From Azolla caroliniana (taxonomy: Eukaryota; Plantae; Polypodiophyta), in assembly GCA_043228905.1 (NCBI GenBank), contig JBHGNT010000022.1:8618001-8682000 (forward strand): a stretch of 64,000 nt of DNA, in the 5' to 3' direction. Under the pieces are notes generated by a model. That model made no database searches. It was not told the origin of the DNA and saw only the letters and a list, made by a program, of their open reading frames with translations. Of the stretch, positions 40,607-54,034 are shown in pieces. A program made the translations under genes and the position numbers. Numbering within the stretch: the first letter of the stretch is position 1; the number at the start of each line of letters is the position of its first letter.

Positions 40607-41145
40607 GGGTGGAAGCACGCTACGGTGTACCAGAAAAATACTGTTTTTGGCCACAAAAAATGTCAGTCCTTTTGATACTGTTAGTACTAAATAATTGAGA
40701 AAAAAAATCAAAGAAAAAAAAATCGATTTTGGGGAGTGGGGTGAGTGTAGTACAAGTGTCATTTAAGACAAGGAGTGGGGGGAACACGTGAGGAGATGTT
40801 CTTTCCATTTTGAGGACTATTTTCCCCTCACGTCGTTTTTGGCGCTTCCCCTCAAACCAACTCCTCTTACTCCTCTTCCTCTATCCCTCTGAGCTCTTCA
40901 TCTCAGACATCCATGTCAGGTTTCTGGTTTTCCTCCAATGTAAGATGTTTGTTAGGGTTTAGGGAGCATATCTCAGACATCCATGTCAGGTTTCTGGTTT
41001 TGGGTTGAGGATTTCTTGTTTTGTTAGGGTTTTTGTTTTAGGGTTTGAGTTGAGGATGAGAGACTGTTCTGAGGCCTCTTATAACAGCCAATAGTGACTT
41101 CTTCGAGAACAATTTTCTTGCTTCTTCCACCGATTGTAGTTTATC

Positions 41146-41442
41146 TTCCACCGAATCGAGGCGGCATATCACATAGATTCAAGGTTCCCTCCACCATTGG
41201 ATGTTCCTTCCACCAAATCAAGGCGGCATATCACACAAATTCAAGGCTCCCTCCACCATTGGAGGTTCATTCCACCAAATCGAGGTGACATATCACACAG
41301 ATTTAACGCTCCCTCCACCATTGGAGGTTCCTTCCACCAAATCGAGGCGGAATATCACACAAATTCAAGGCTCCTTCCACCAAATCGAGGCGGCATATCA
41401 CACAGATTCAACGCTCCCTCCACCATTGGAGGTTCCTTTCCA
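41146..41442. repeat. About 62-bp tandem repeat x4.5 in the transposon leader
   Basis: Unit TTCCACCAAATCGAGGCGGCATATCACACAGATTCAAGGCTCCCTCCACCATTGGAGGTTCC. Confidence 0.9.
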
Positions 41443-42653
41443 GTACTAAATTTTAGAACTATTTTTTCATTTTCAGCACTAAATTTTTTCATTTTTAGAA
41501 ATTTGTGAATAAAGAAATGCTAATTGTCATCTTTGATCCGTAATTCTAATGTCCGAAATGAATTATTTCTCACTTTGCAGGCCGCATTTAAAAACATTTG
41601 ATTGTGATTTCTTAGTGTAGTCTATATAACATTAACTACTCTTGCAAGACACTTAATTTTTTTGGATAAATCTAGTGACCAAATGGGGATCCCCAACGAG
41701 AGTGAGTTGTCAAGTAACTCATGTATATCTGAAAGGACCAAGAGACGAGTGGTTCTTCACAAAGTCCGTAGAGTGTTACACCATCAACGTTTGAATGAAG
41801 ACATGGGGAGAATAAAATTTAGGGACCAATGTGTTTCAAAAGAGATTGTAGAGTCTATGAAGTCATCCCTAGACTTAGTGAAAGGTGTAGAGAGCATAGA
41901 CAAACTTGCTGCAAAGAGGGCAACCCTACACATGGTTGTGAAGGGTGCGAGAGAAAAAAAATATAGTGATACTAAAGTTGCCTTAGCCCTAGGTATTCAA
42001 AGAAGGAACTTGAGGAAACATCGCCAAAATATACACTCAAGCCAATTCAAGTGGCTGGGGTTGGGACGTAGACGACGATGCGATGCCTTATCTTAAGAGA
42101 TTATTGAGAAAGTGGATTCATTTTGGGCAAAAAATACGTGTGTCTCACCAAAAAAGAAGGACGTGTGTAGACAACGAATAAGTCAGGGTAAGCACCAGAT
42201 TTACCCTAGACACTTCTTGGAGATGACAGAGGTATTCCATTTTTTTATATCAATTCACATTCCATAAAGTTTTGTTTTGACCAAGTGTATATTAATGTTT
42301 GCTATATATATTGGTTGATGTAGGCTGAATTGTACATGAACTTTAAAGACCAACATCCAAGCTTGACTGTTGGATTCCGCAAGTTCCAAGGTTTGAAACC
42401 ATATTATGTTAAAAAATTAAATGAGAGGAATACATGTTGTTATGTGTGCCACCTGAAGATGGACATGTTAAGGCTTGGAGTGAATGCAATGCGTACTGAT
42501 TCTAAGGGTATACACGGGCAATTATGTGTCTGCACTTGTGAGGTTTGTAGACCGAATGGGGAGGATAATAGGTGTAATGCACGAAACATGACTTATGCAT
42601 CCGTTTCTCAGTTATGGAGGTCTTGTGTTTGTGAAAAAGAACCATCATGCGAG

Positions 42654-42786
42654 CATAGTTCTAGCCATACGTCCCATTCGTGTTATACTCAAACGCCAAT
42701 ATTCGTATCATACTCATACGTGAAAAGGCTCCAAGTATGATTGAAATCCATATGCGGTACATAGATATATACATATGGTGTACATA

Positions 42787-42864
<78 letters not shown>

Positions 42865-43150
42865 CTATGGGTTTTGTCTGTGAGGGAGTGTGTAATATGT
42901 ATATTAGATATCTAGATTTTGTAGAGATAGAAGATATGTCAATTCTCGTGTGAGAGAGAGAGAGAGAGTGTGTGTGAGAGACGTCACTTCTATAATCTAT
43001 TCACAAAGAATTATGAATATCAAAAATTAAAAAAACCCAAAAAAAGTCAAAAAAATAAACGCCAAACGAATATCGCGTATCATATGCGTACGTTTGCAAA
43101 CGTTCGCGTACGTCCAGTAAATTGGACGTACACGAATATTAGGAACTATG
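42654..43150. mobile_element. hAT-type MITE interrupting a transposase exon
   Basis: TIRs CATAGTTC...GAACTATG and an 8-bp TSD CATGCGAG/CATGTGAG. Removing it restores EKEPSCEWHRRTC. Confidence 0.85.
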
Positions 43151-43974
43151 CATGTGAGTGGCATCGTCGTACATGTCTTTTAAGAACATGTAAGGTTTGT
43201 CCGCTACCATTATTTTGTAGGCAGGAGCTTGATTTGGGAAACAATCATGTTATGGAAATATTTAGAGTATGTGACTGAAAATATTGGCCAAGGACTTGTA
43301 ACTAAGCGTATCAAGGAAGTATATAAGGAGACATGTGTTGCTACCCTTGTCTCAGAATTTAAGAAACAACTTGGGGAGTTCATTCCACATAACATCCGGA
43401 GTTATTGGCAAAATTCACAGTTCAAGGAATGTATTAATAACTTACCAACGGGTGTCATCATATCCGTTATTGACTTTGCAGAAAACTATACATTTAAAGT
43501 TCAAAATGAGGTTCAATCAATGCATTGGTACAATGATCAATGTACAATACTTGTACATATTTGCTATTGGAGACAAGATGGTGAGTTACATAAGAAATCA
43601 ATATTTTACATTTCAGATGATAAAAAGCATGATACACTATTTGTTCAACATTGTTTTAAGCTTCACCATGTAGATTTATTGTCTCTAGGGTTTAGCTTTA
43701 ACCGTCATTGGGTTTGGTCTGATGGTGCTGCCTCGCAGTTTAAGGCGGCACGATCATTCTACTTTATTGCCAGGTAATTTTTAATCCATATGTTTAGTAC
43801 TTATAATGCATTGTCTAAGGAAGTAAGTCTTGTGTTAGTGCATGCATACTAATTATGTTTGTAACTATTCAAACATAGTACTATTCAAATGGATGCATGC
43901 ATACTAATTATGTTTGTAACTATGTTAAGTGTTCTTGATTGATCACATAGTACCATCTTGTCACGTGGATCTGT

Positions 43975-44729
43975 GTTTATTATCTTTTAATCCATGTGAA
44001 GTGTTCTCCATAGACACATTGTACTGTGTTGTGTGTTGTATCTGTACTGAATTAGTATTTATTGAAGGATGTAAAGTACTCGTCTTGTACTCATAGTATT
44101 GGCCATTCTTAAGAGTTTGTACTAAGTATCTTTTAGTCCATGTTGAGTGCTCTCCATGGACACATTGTATTGTATTGTGTGTTGTATCTGTACTAAATCA
44201 GTATTTATTGAAGGATGTAAAGTACTCATCTTGTACTCATAGTCGTCTTGTACTCATAGTATTGTCTGTCCTTAAGAGTTAGTACTAATTATCTTTTAAT
44301 CCATGTTGAGTGTTCTCCATGGACACATTGTATTGTACTGTGTGTTGTATCTGTACTAAATCAGTATTTATTGAAGGATGTAAAGTACATGTCTTGTACT
44401 CAGTACTATCCTATATTGAAGAGTTTGTACTAATTATCTTTTAATCCATGTTGAGTGATCTCCATGGACACACTATATTGTACTGTGTTGTATCTGGACT
44501 AAATCAATATTTATTGAATGATGTAAAGTACATGTCTTGTACTCATAGTACTGTCCTATATTGAAGAGTTTGTACTAATTATCTTTTAATCCATGTTGTG
44601 TTCTCCATGGACACATTGTATTGTACTGTGTGTTTTATTTGTACTAAATCAATATTAATGGATGTAACGTACTCGTCGTTAGCAACATAGTACTGTCCAA
44701 TATTGAAGAGTTTGTACTAATTATCTTTT
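43975..44729. repeat. About 145-bp tandem repeat x5
   Basis: TATCTTTTA unit starts at 43981, 44127, 44290, 44435, 44580 and 44722. Confidence 0.92.
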
Positions 44730-47588
44730 AGGTACTCCCCCTCAAGCTTGGCAAGTCAAGGATTGTCAATCCAAGGTCTGACATGAATTCTTGAAGCTTG
44801 TCAGCTCCTAGGGCCTTCGTGAAGATGTCGACCGTTTGAATATTTGTATTGATGTGTTGAAGGTCGACATCTCTGGCTTGAACACGCTCCCGAATGAAGT
44901 GATAGTGCACTTCGATATGCTTCGTGCATGCATGGAACACCGGGTTCCAAGCCAGATAAATACTGCTCATGTTGTCGCAGTAAAGGGGAGTCGGATCCTT
45001 GATGGGAACGCCTAGATCCTTCAAAATCCTCTTGAGCCATACGACTTCACACACAGCTACAGCTGCGCCCTTGTATTCTGCCTCCGTACTCGAAAGAGCG
45101 ACGGTAGGCTGCTTCTTGCTACTCCATGAAATCGCTCCGTTGCTGATGGAGAAGACAAATCCGGAGGTCGATCGTCGATCGTCTTTGTAGCCAGCCCAAT
45201 CCACGTCTGTGCACCCTTCGAGTCATATTGGTGTGGCCGATGCGTAGAGAACGCCGTAATCCATTGTGCCGCTCACGTATCGTAATACTCGCTTAGCGCA
45301 ATCCAAGTGAGTGTTGCATGGTTTTTGCATGAATTGGCTGAGGAGTCCGACTAGATAGGTAAGGTCGGGTCGAGTGATTGTGAGGTAGATGAGGCTTCCA
45401 ATCAGTTGACGATAATTGAGTCGGATTGCACTCGTTTGTGCCGGAGTCGGCATCTAGTTTGAGGTTTCTATCGAGAGGCGTAGCGATCGATTTGCACTCC
45501 GTCATCCCGAACTTGTATAACAGGTTGAGAATGTAGTGCCGTTGAGAGATCATAATGCCGGACGGAATCCGAATTACTTCGATGCCAAGGAAGTAATGGA
45601 GCTCCTTCAAGTCTGTCATCTCGAATTTTCCGGAGAGGAGGGACTTGACTTTGTTGATGTTGACTAGAGTTTCACCTCCAATGACCAGATCATCCACGTA
45701 TAGGATGATGACAATTAAACTTCTAGAGTCATGTCGTACGTAGAGGGAGTTGTCGGATTTTGACATTCGAAAGCCGATTTGCTGAAGATAGTGCGTAATC
45801 TTTGAATGCCAAGCACGTGGTGCTTGCTTAAGGCCGTAGAGTGGCTTCTTGAGTTGGTATACGACTTTTGGATGAATGCGCGATTCGAAGCCGGGTGGTT
45901 GTACCATGTAGACCTCCTCGTCTAATTCGCCTTGGAGAAAGGCGTTCTTGACGTCCATTTGGTGGAGGTGCCACCCTTTTGTTGCTACAAGTGCGATCAC
46001 GGTCTGCATCGTCGTCATCTTTGCCACCGGGGCAAAGGTCTCTTCATAGTCGATGCCATGCGTCTGAGCGTATCCTTTCGCTACGAGTCAAGCTTTGTAG
46101 CGGTTTACGGAGTCATCGGCGTTATACTTCACCTTGTAGATCTATCTGCAACCGATTGCCTTCTTGTGCGGTGAGTGGGGAACAAGATCCCATGTCTCGT
46201 TCTTGCGTAATGCACGCATCTCCTCGTTCATGGCTTTGATCCATCGCGAGTCCTTCATGGCTTCGGAAAAGGTTTCCGGCTCTCGTACTGTTGCTACCTT
46301 CATCATAAAGGCGTAATGGTATGCCATATAATCGTTGTAGCCGAATTGGCTTACGTGCTTCTTTTCACGGGTGGATCGGCGGAGCTTCTCATTTGCGGAT
46401 ACTACGGTGTTCTCTGCTCCATTTGTCCAGATCTCAAGGCCGTCGAACTCACTATCGAGGGAGTGAGTTGATTCGTTGCCATCGAAGTGATCGTCTTCAT
46501 ACTCCGGCATTTTTGCCTTCCCTTTGTCCATCTTTGGACTCGGCCGAGATGTGCTTTGATCGCACAGTGGCTCTTGTGGCCCACTAAGCCTTGTCGTAAT
46601 TGGGCTTTCTTCAAACATGCGCGTGAGTCGATCTTCGGCTTCTATCTCTATTTCGGTGGAATCCGGGTCGAGCGGAATCGAAGTCGAAGTTGTCTCTGGT
46701 GTGTACCAGGATGCGGACTCATCGAAAGCGACGTCTCGACTTACGTGAGATTTTCGAGTTGAGGGGTTGTAGCACTTGTACCCCTTTTGCTCCAGTGAGT
46801 ATCCTACGAGGATACATTTCTCCGACTTCGGGTCTAGGTTCTCATCGGGGATGTGCACGTACGCAATGGAGCCAAATATCCGAACATGCAATAGGTTTGG
46901 CTTCTATCCGAAGAACTTCTCATGCGGAGTAAGTTCGTGCACACCTGATGTTGTACACCGATTCATGAGATAGACGGCGGTGTTAGCTGCTTCTGCCCAA
47001 TACGATTTCGGCATGTGCTTTTAGTTAAGCATAGCCCGTGCCACTTCGAGGATGTGCCGATTCTTGCGTTCGGCCACTCTGTTTTGTTGCGGTGTATGTC
47101 GACACGAAAACTCTCGCCGTATTCCTTCTTTTCGTAGAAACGCCGAAAATTCATCGGAGAAGTACTCCTCCATCCGACCAAAGACATCGTACATGTCGGC
47201 CCATGGCTTTCTCGACATCAGTCTTGAATTTTTGGATGTGTCCAAACACTTCGCTCTTTTGCCGCATCGGGTAGATCCAAGTGTGTAGAGAACTCGTCGA
47301 TGAAGGTCACGTAGTATCGGCTTCCGCCAAATGTCGCCGTCTGAGCCGGACCCCATACATCGGAATGAATTACGTCGAGTACGCCTTTGCTCACATTCCA
47401 CTCCTTCGGAAATGGGTGCCGATGTTGCTTGACAAATTGGCAAGCGGCACACACGCCTTCAATCTCTTTCTCCGCGAGTGTCGAGAGCCCGATGACGACT
47501 CCATTCGATTGCATTGCCTTGAGCTTTTGCAGATTTATATGGCCAATCCGCTTGTGCCATAACTCTATGTTGGAATCGGCTTTCACGT
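44728..47588 (-). mobile_element. Decayed copia pol (IN-RT-RNase H), no 3' LTR
   Basis: LWHKRIGH, IHSDVWGP, QMDVKNAFL, LYVDDL, LSSTEAEY and KHIEVHYHFIRE. Confidence 0.95.
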
Positions 47589-50500
47589 TGTCGTGGAGAA
47601 AACCGTCCCTAGGTGGAAACCGCGTATAACGTGCGTAAACCGGCCCTTACACGTGGGCACAAGTTTTGTTGTATAGTACGTAGATAGGTACAAGTCGGCT
47701 GAGGTGAAATCCTAAGTAGCACGCATTCAGTAGGGAGAAAATCGAGGCGTATCCTTGTCTGAAAGGACAGGGAATAAACATGATGTAACGGGTGGTAACG
47801 GCCTCCCTCCTTGGGCTATAAAAGAGAGGGAGAGGTATTGAAAAAGATATCGTGTTTGTGGAGGACGAAGTGCTGCCAGACTGGAACCGAGCACTTCTCC
47901 TCTCCTCTGTCATCTCCATAATCGTTCTATGCAGGTTTCGGGAGGCTGACTCAGCTCTGTGGGACGCCCGAGTGCTCTCGGCAGAGCCTTGATCTCGCGT
48001 TCTGTGTGTGTGTGCGTGCGCGCAGGCGTCGGAGCCCATCACTCACCGACTTGCCGGTTGTAACACCTTGATTTATATATACATAAACATTCGTTCTGTC
48101 TCCATCTCGCGTTCTGTAGCTAGTTGCAATTCCTGTGATTCTATGGGTCTGTGCGCGGGTGAATTACATCGTTAGTTTCCTTCCCCTCCCCTCATTCGGT
48201 TATTTCTCGGTCCAATGCCCCGGTGGTCCCACCTCGTTCTCCACACACGCGCGTAACAACGCGACATATTTGGTGAACCCGACGTGAACAGGTGGCAAAG
48301 GAATAGAAAGATGAGAGGGTCGGATCTTGCAGAAGCCATGGCTTCGGCTGTGGATCAGATAGTGAGTGTGCGCGAAGGCACAGGCGCCCTCAATAGGGCT
48401 ATTGAAGCGGTCGTTGGTTTGGTGGGAAGGATGCCACAAGCTATTTGGAGGCCTACCGAGCCGAAATGGTGATGAGGGACATCCCGGAGGACAGACGACT
48501 GGCCAGATTCCCTTGGGTGGCGATGCCGGGCATCCATGCGGAGGTGCTTGAGGTACGGGCTGAGAGTCGGACCTGGGAAGTGTTTGATGGTTGGCTCCTT
48601 GAAAAATACGGGGTTGATGACGCGCTTCGGCTGTCGAAGTGGGACTTCATGGAATGGGTGGAGACCCCCGAAAAGGGGAGAAACGTGTCGGTGCTCCTTT
48701 GGGAGTTTGAAGAACGCTTCGCACGACTTTCAGCGCTAGACCAGACCGTGCTGGACACGAGTCGTGTCCTATTGTTCGTTAAATCGGTGGACGCAAGGGA
48801 CTGGGAGCAAGTGGGCTTCCTGCTGGAGACCGATGACGGCCTAACAACCGACTGGGCTGTGGTCAAGAGAGTCTGCGGCCGTTTTGACAAACGGCGTGAG
48901 TGGGTCGATAAAGGCTTGACGGGGGCGGGTTCTGTTGCGACAAGGAAGGTCGAGGTACCCCCACCAGCGCGAAGGGAAGAGACCCGAGACTAGCTCGAGA
49001 CCAGCTCGACTTCGACCGGCATGGTCAAAGGCTCGTCTGGAGGAGCGGTTCTGGAGGAGCTGACTCAGATGGTGAGGGACCTCCAGATCGCGCAAGCACG
49101 GAGGGACGACGATGAACAAGTCCGTGACCGAAGGCCTCCGGCTGGGAGCCGGTGCTTGTGGTGCAACGCGGTCGGCCACGCCTGAAAGGACTGCGGGGAC
49201 TTCGCTGAAGCGATAAGATCTAACGTGGTGCACCTATGGAACGGTTGGGTGCACGCTAGCGAGACCCGAAGGGCCCTGGATCTGAATGTCAGACGAGGGG
49301 GTATGAAACGGCTGATGGAAGAAGCGGCGGCTCGTCACGCGGAGACCATCCACTACTCGGCGTCGATTGGAATCCGGGTCGGAAGCGATGAAGACCAAAA
49401 GACGAAGGAAGCCAGATTCTGGCCGGTGATGTTGGAAGGCCTCGCCGGCGTAAGGCTGAAGAAAGAGGAAGCAAACCGCGTGGAAAGACGGGTCCGGGAG
49501 GTAACCGGGTGGAGTGACCCGGGCGAAGAGAAGACGGGCTTCGTGGAAGCTGTGTGCCAGAACTACGAGGTTCTGGTGGAAGACAAGTGAGTGGGAAAGA
49601 CCGGGGGGGCCGGACACTCACAACGGTATGAGATCCAGTTCGGGCCAAAGCAGAGTGATGTCTGTGCATCCGGTGCACCGGACAAGGCCAAGAAGGTCGG
49701 TTATCGGTTGAGCACGGAGATCGAAAGGACCACGGACCTACGAAAGGCCTTGGAGTAACGGATCCTCGACAACAAAGTGGAGTTGTCGTTGAGGGAAGTG
49801 CTTGGTATCGCGAAGAAGGAGTTCCACGACTCCATCGTAGACTTGGTGAAGCGGAAAAGGCTTTCAACAGAGCTGGAGCCAGAGAAGCCGATGGAGGTGG
49901 GAACGACGTACCTAGAAGACATGATCTGGAGGATGAATTTGCGGAAAGCCACTACTTGAGGCTACATTGGGCTAGGGCCACTACGGAGACCCCTGTTCGG
50001 ATCGGGGACGTCCAGGAGTCGATGGTGGCGTTGGTAGACCACGGTTCGGAGATCAACTTGATGTCCATGGACTTCTACAAGAAGGGAAAGTGGCCGATGA
50101 ACACCAAGCACGGGTGGAAGATACAGGCAGCAATGCGCGCCACGAAGGAGCTACATGGAGCCTGCCCGAATGTACGAGTGAAAATCGGCGATGTTGAGAT
50201 CAACCAACACTTCTTCGTGCAGGAGACGTCCTCGCATCCGGTGATACTCGGAGAACCGTACATCACGGTGGCGCGCATGGAGACAAAGGTCTTGGACAAC
50301 GGTTTGGCATATGCACGAGTCAAGAGCCAGGATGGGCGTCACTCGGTCCAGTTCCTGACGGTGCGACCAAACCATGAGCGTAACAACGAGACCCTCGGTG
50401 CCGAAAACCGAGGGGATTTTTAGAGAGGGCTATCAAGGCGTGGGGCCGCGATAGTCCAGACACCCCGAAAAAACCCCATAGATGTACTATAGGCGAAAAG

Positions 50501-51701
50501 ACTTGTACCATAGGTAGAAAATTTTGGTTCTCCGATAGCGGAGGTTATACGATAGCCGGTGTAGTTGGCCGGGAAAAGAAGCGGGCGGAGGAGCGACTTC
50601 GGGCATGGGGAGTCCTCGGCCCTGAAGAGGAAATCAACGAAGCCGTGGAGGCGGTCTCTTTCGACGACACCTTGGGGAAGTTACGAGAGCTGTTCGAAGA
50701 AGGCCTTAATGAGGACCGCACGATTACGGTATGTTCGGAAAAGATGTACGAAGTCATCGCCGACTTCGGTAGTGGACTCGAGTCGGGTTGGTCGGCCCAA
50801 GTGGATACGAAGTACAAGACTGTGGACCGGAAGGTGAGGCCAGTCGCGGCACCCTTGTCGGAGGACAACGAGTTACGGGTAAAGGGGGTCGCGTCGGAAC
50901 CAAGTTTACGAGATCCGGCCAGCATGGGACACACGTTCACCGACATAACACTACGGGAGCTCAAGATCGGTGGGGGTAGTTTTCTACTGCCGACAAAAGA
51001 GGACCGGTTTCGGAGAATGCTCAGGAGGCACGGGAAGGCTTTCGAATTCTCACCGGAGGAGATCGGGTGCGTAGACCCGAAAGTTGTGGAACCAATGGTG
51101 ATCTTCACGGTACCGCATGTGCCGTGGAATCTCAAACCGATTCCGGTACCCAGAGCTCACATCCCGAAGTTGATGGAGCTGCTGAAACAGAAGGTGGTGA
51201 TGGGCATCCTCGAACCATCGAGTGGCCCATATTCAAATCGGTGGTTTACCGTGCCGAAGAAGAACGGCACACTGCGCTTCATACAGGACTTGCAACCAAT
51301 CAACAAGGTGACCATTCGAAACATAGGTATCGGACCGACCATCGATGAGTTCGCAGGGAGGTCGATCTACTCAGTTATGGACCTATACTCAGGGTACGAT
51401 CAGTTCCACCTAGCCGTAGAAAGCAGGGATGTCACAACGATGCGGACCCCTCTTAGCCTAGTTCGGATGTGTACCCTGCCACAAGGAGAAATGAATTCGG
51501 TGGCGCACATGGTGAATGAGATGAACAAGGTGTTGAGGGACTGCATCCCGGACATCACCATGCCGTTTCTGGACGACATCCTGATCAAAGGGAGTCTGGT
51601 GGAAGACAAGGACAAGTCGGTTGGGCCCGACGGTTGCCGGAGGTTCGTGACGGATCACATCCGCGACTGCGAGAAGGTGCTACAAAGACTCGAGAGCGCG
51701 T
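47589..51701 (+). mobile_element. tRNA-Trp-primed Ty3/gypsy element, 5' half (LTR, PBS, gag, PR, RT)
   Basis: LTR 47589-48266 (TGTCG...CGACA) and PBS TGGTGAACCCGACGTGAA at 48271. Protease ALVDHGSEINL; RT LRFIQDL, DLYSGYDQF, LPQG and PFLDD. Confidence 0.93.
50414..50467 (+). promoter_or_regulatory. Candidate programmed -1 ribosomal frameshift signal
   Basis: G GAT TTT TAG, a 6-nt spacer, then stem GGGCTATC/GATAGTCC. The -1 frame is open into RT. Confidence 0.75.
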
Positions 51702-51764
51702 TGTCGCGTTGTTACGCGCGTGTGTGTAGAAAGAGGCGGGACCACAGGGGGCCTTGAACCGAGG

Positions 51765-51800
<36 letters not shown>

Positions 51801-54034
51801 AGAGGAGAGGAGATTTGCAGATACGCAAAAGGGAGAAGGAAAGAGAAAGAAACGGCACACTTAATTACAGTAACAGTCGATTACAATATCAAGAGATTAC
51901 AAACTCTGACGATTACAACTGGCAAGGCGGCGATGGACCCGACACGGGGATCCTAGTCACGCACACAGATAGAACACACTGGACCCCAAAAAAAAAGAAG
52001 CGTAGAAGGGAGAGCCTCTGCTGGTAGCGCACGGGCTACCCTCGAAGGAGAGGCGTCGAACTCCCAGCACCCACAGAGAATGACGATCCGAGGAGGAGAG
52101 AGAGCTCGACACTCGGTCCTGCAACCCTTCTTCCTCCCTAACGTGCGATCCCTTTTCTTCCTTCTCTCCCTCCTTAAATAGTTCGCAAAAAGGGGGTGCC
52201 CCTTTCTCCCTAGTCAAAACCGCTTTATTCCATGTCCCTTTCGATAGAGATACGCACAATCCCTAATAAATGTATACTACCTAGTATTTACATCAACCGA
52301 TCCAATTATGAATCATGTTCAAAACATCAATTCACACATCCACCCATGTAAGAGCCGGTTCATGCATCCTTTTCTCTAATTCCGCCTATAGCCGGTTTTC
52401 TTCACGACATCCAAGCCCACCAAACTGCGCATCCACCGGCATGGCCTAGAGACGGGTAGATACCAAAGAAAACCGGCCTCACTTGTCGCTCTCCGATTCT
52501 CCCCCGGGCCCGAACCGATCGTCGTCGTCGTTCTCGCTCGCCGGCTCCGGCTCGTCTTCGAACCGCTTCTTGAACGCTTTGATCCGCTTCCCGGCCACCG
52601 GTACTACTAACCGTGTGCCGTCGAGTTCCACGAGGTGGTACATCCCGTTGTCGTTCGCGCTCGTCACCGTGTAGGGCCCGAACCATCTCCTAGCGAACTT
52701 TCGCACCGCCTTGTGCTGATTGTCGAGGTTGTTGTCGTATACCAAGACCCAGTCGCCTTCCTCGATCTTCTTTAGTCGCAACCGGTGTGTCCGGTTGAAC
52801 AGGGTCTTGTTCCGCTCCCTTGCCGCCCACAACTTTTCCTTCGCCCGTTTCACGTCCTCCGGCCTCCGCTCGAGTTGCCGAATCCGCGCCGCCAGCAACT
52901 CCTCCCGGCTCATCTCGTCCTTCCAATCTACCGCCGACCATGAAGAAATCGTCCGTTCCACCGGCATGATCGGCTTCTGTCTGTACATCAGCTCTGCCGA
53001 TATAAACCTTGTCACTGAGCTGTGTGTAGTTCGGTCCGCCCATAGTGCGTAAGGAAGGAGCCGCAACCAATTCCTGACCAACCCTCCGCATGCATGCACC
53101 AACGCCTTTACGATCGGCCCGTGCCCACGTTCTACCTTCTCGTTGGCCTTCGGATTGTATGCCGTAGTGAGGGAGAGTTTGACCCCTAGCCGGTCGAACA
53201 GCTCCTCAGCTTCCCGCGCATCTAGCTCTCCCCGGTCCACCGCGATCCTCCCGACGCACCCGTACCGACACACTACCTCTTCGATCAGGAACCGGCATAG
53301 CGTCGCGGTTTTCTTGTTTTGCAGTGCACGGCCTTCCACCTGGTTCGTTAAGTCTTCCCGCGCAAGCACCAGGTATCGCATCTGTCCTACTCCCATCGGC
53401 ATCGTCACCAAGTCCACCATCCACTTGAAATGGACCGCAGGCGGGTAAGTCGGGTGTAGCTCGTCCCGATGTCGGACTACGGAGTGCATTTGACAGCTTT
53501 CGCAAGTCGTTACGAACCGATGCACGTCCTGGTATAGCCTCGGCCACCAGTACTTCTCCTTCAGCTTCTCGAACGTGGCCCACGTTCCGCGGTGCCCGGC
53601 CCAGGAACTCTCGTGAAATGCCGCCAGTAGTTCCTCCTGTTCTTCTTTCTTTGCCACCACTCGGAGCGGGATGCCGTTTCTTTTCTTTGGGTGCCTCCAT
53701 ATGCACCCGTCCCGTAGGAAGAATCGGTACGCCTTCTTCCATACCCGGCTCGCCTCTTCTCTCGTCCACGTTGCGTCCGGCATCATCGCCCGTAGGAATC
53801 TCTCGATTTGGATCCACTCCCCGTCGTACCTGCTTTCATCAAATTCGTTAAGCGTCGGAGTGTCCCCTTTCCTCGTCGTCACATTAGTTGACTCGATGAA
53901 GTCCTCGCCGACTTCTTCGTCATCCGAAACCATGCCATCTTCGTCGTTTAACCTCGTTCTCGAAAGCATGTCGTCCATGGCGTTATCCTTTCCGGAGATG
54001 TGCCATATCTCCGGGTTCAGGGACTTAATGTATG
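51702..54034 (-). mobile_element. Second element of the same gypsy group, 3' half (integrase and 3' LTR)
   Basis: LTR 51702-52409. Integrase with HHCC, WMVDLV, VDRGEL, VERGH and RWFGPY. Confidence 0.93.

Larger units (their letters stand above)
40607..44727 (+). mobile_element. 5' part of a Sola2-like DDD DNA transposon with an intron-containing transposase pseudogene
   Basis: FQGLKPYYVK...RNTCC..CH, Cys clusters, IDFAENY...VQSMHW...ISDDKKHD and WVWSDGAASQFK. GT-AG intron 42232-42323 and a donor at 43773. Candidate terminus GGGTGG at 40607, where the LINE fragment stops. Confidence 0.65.
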
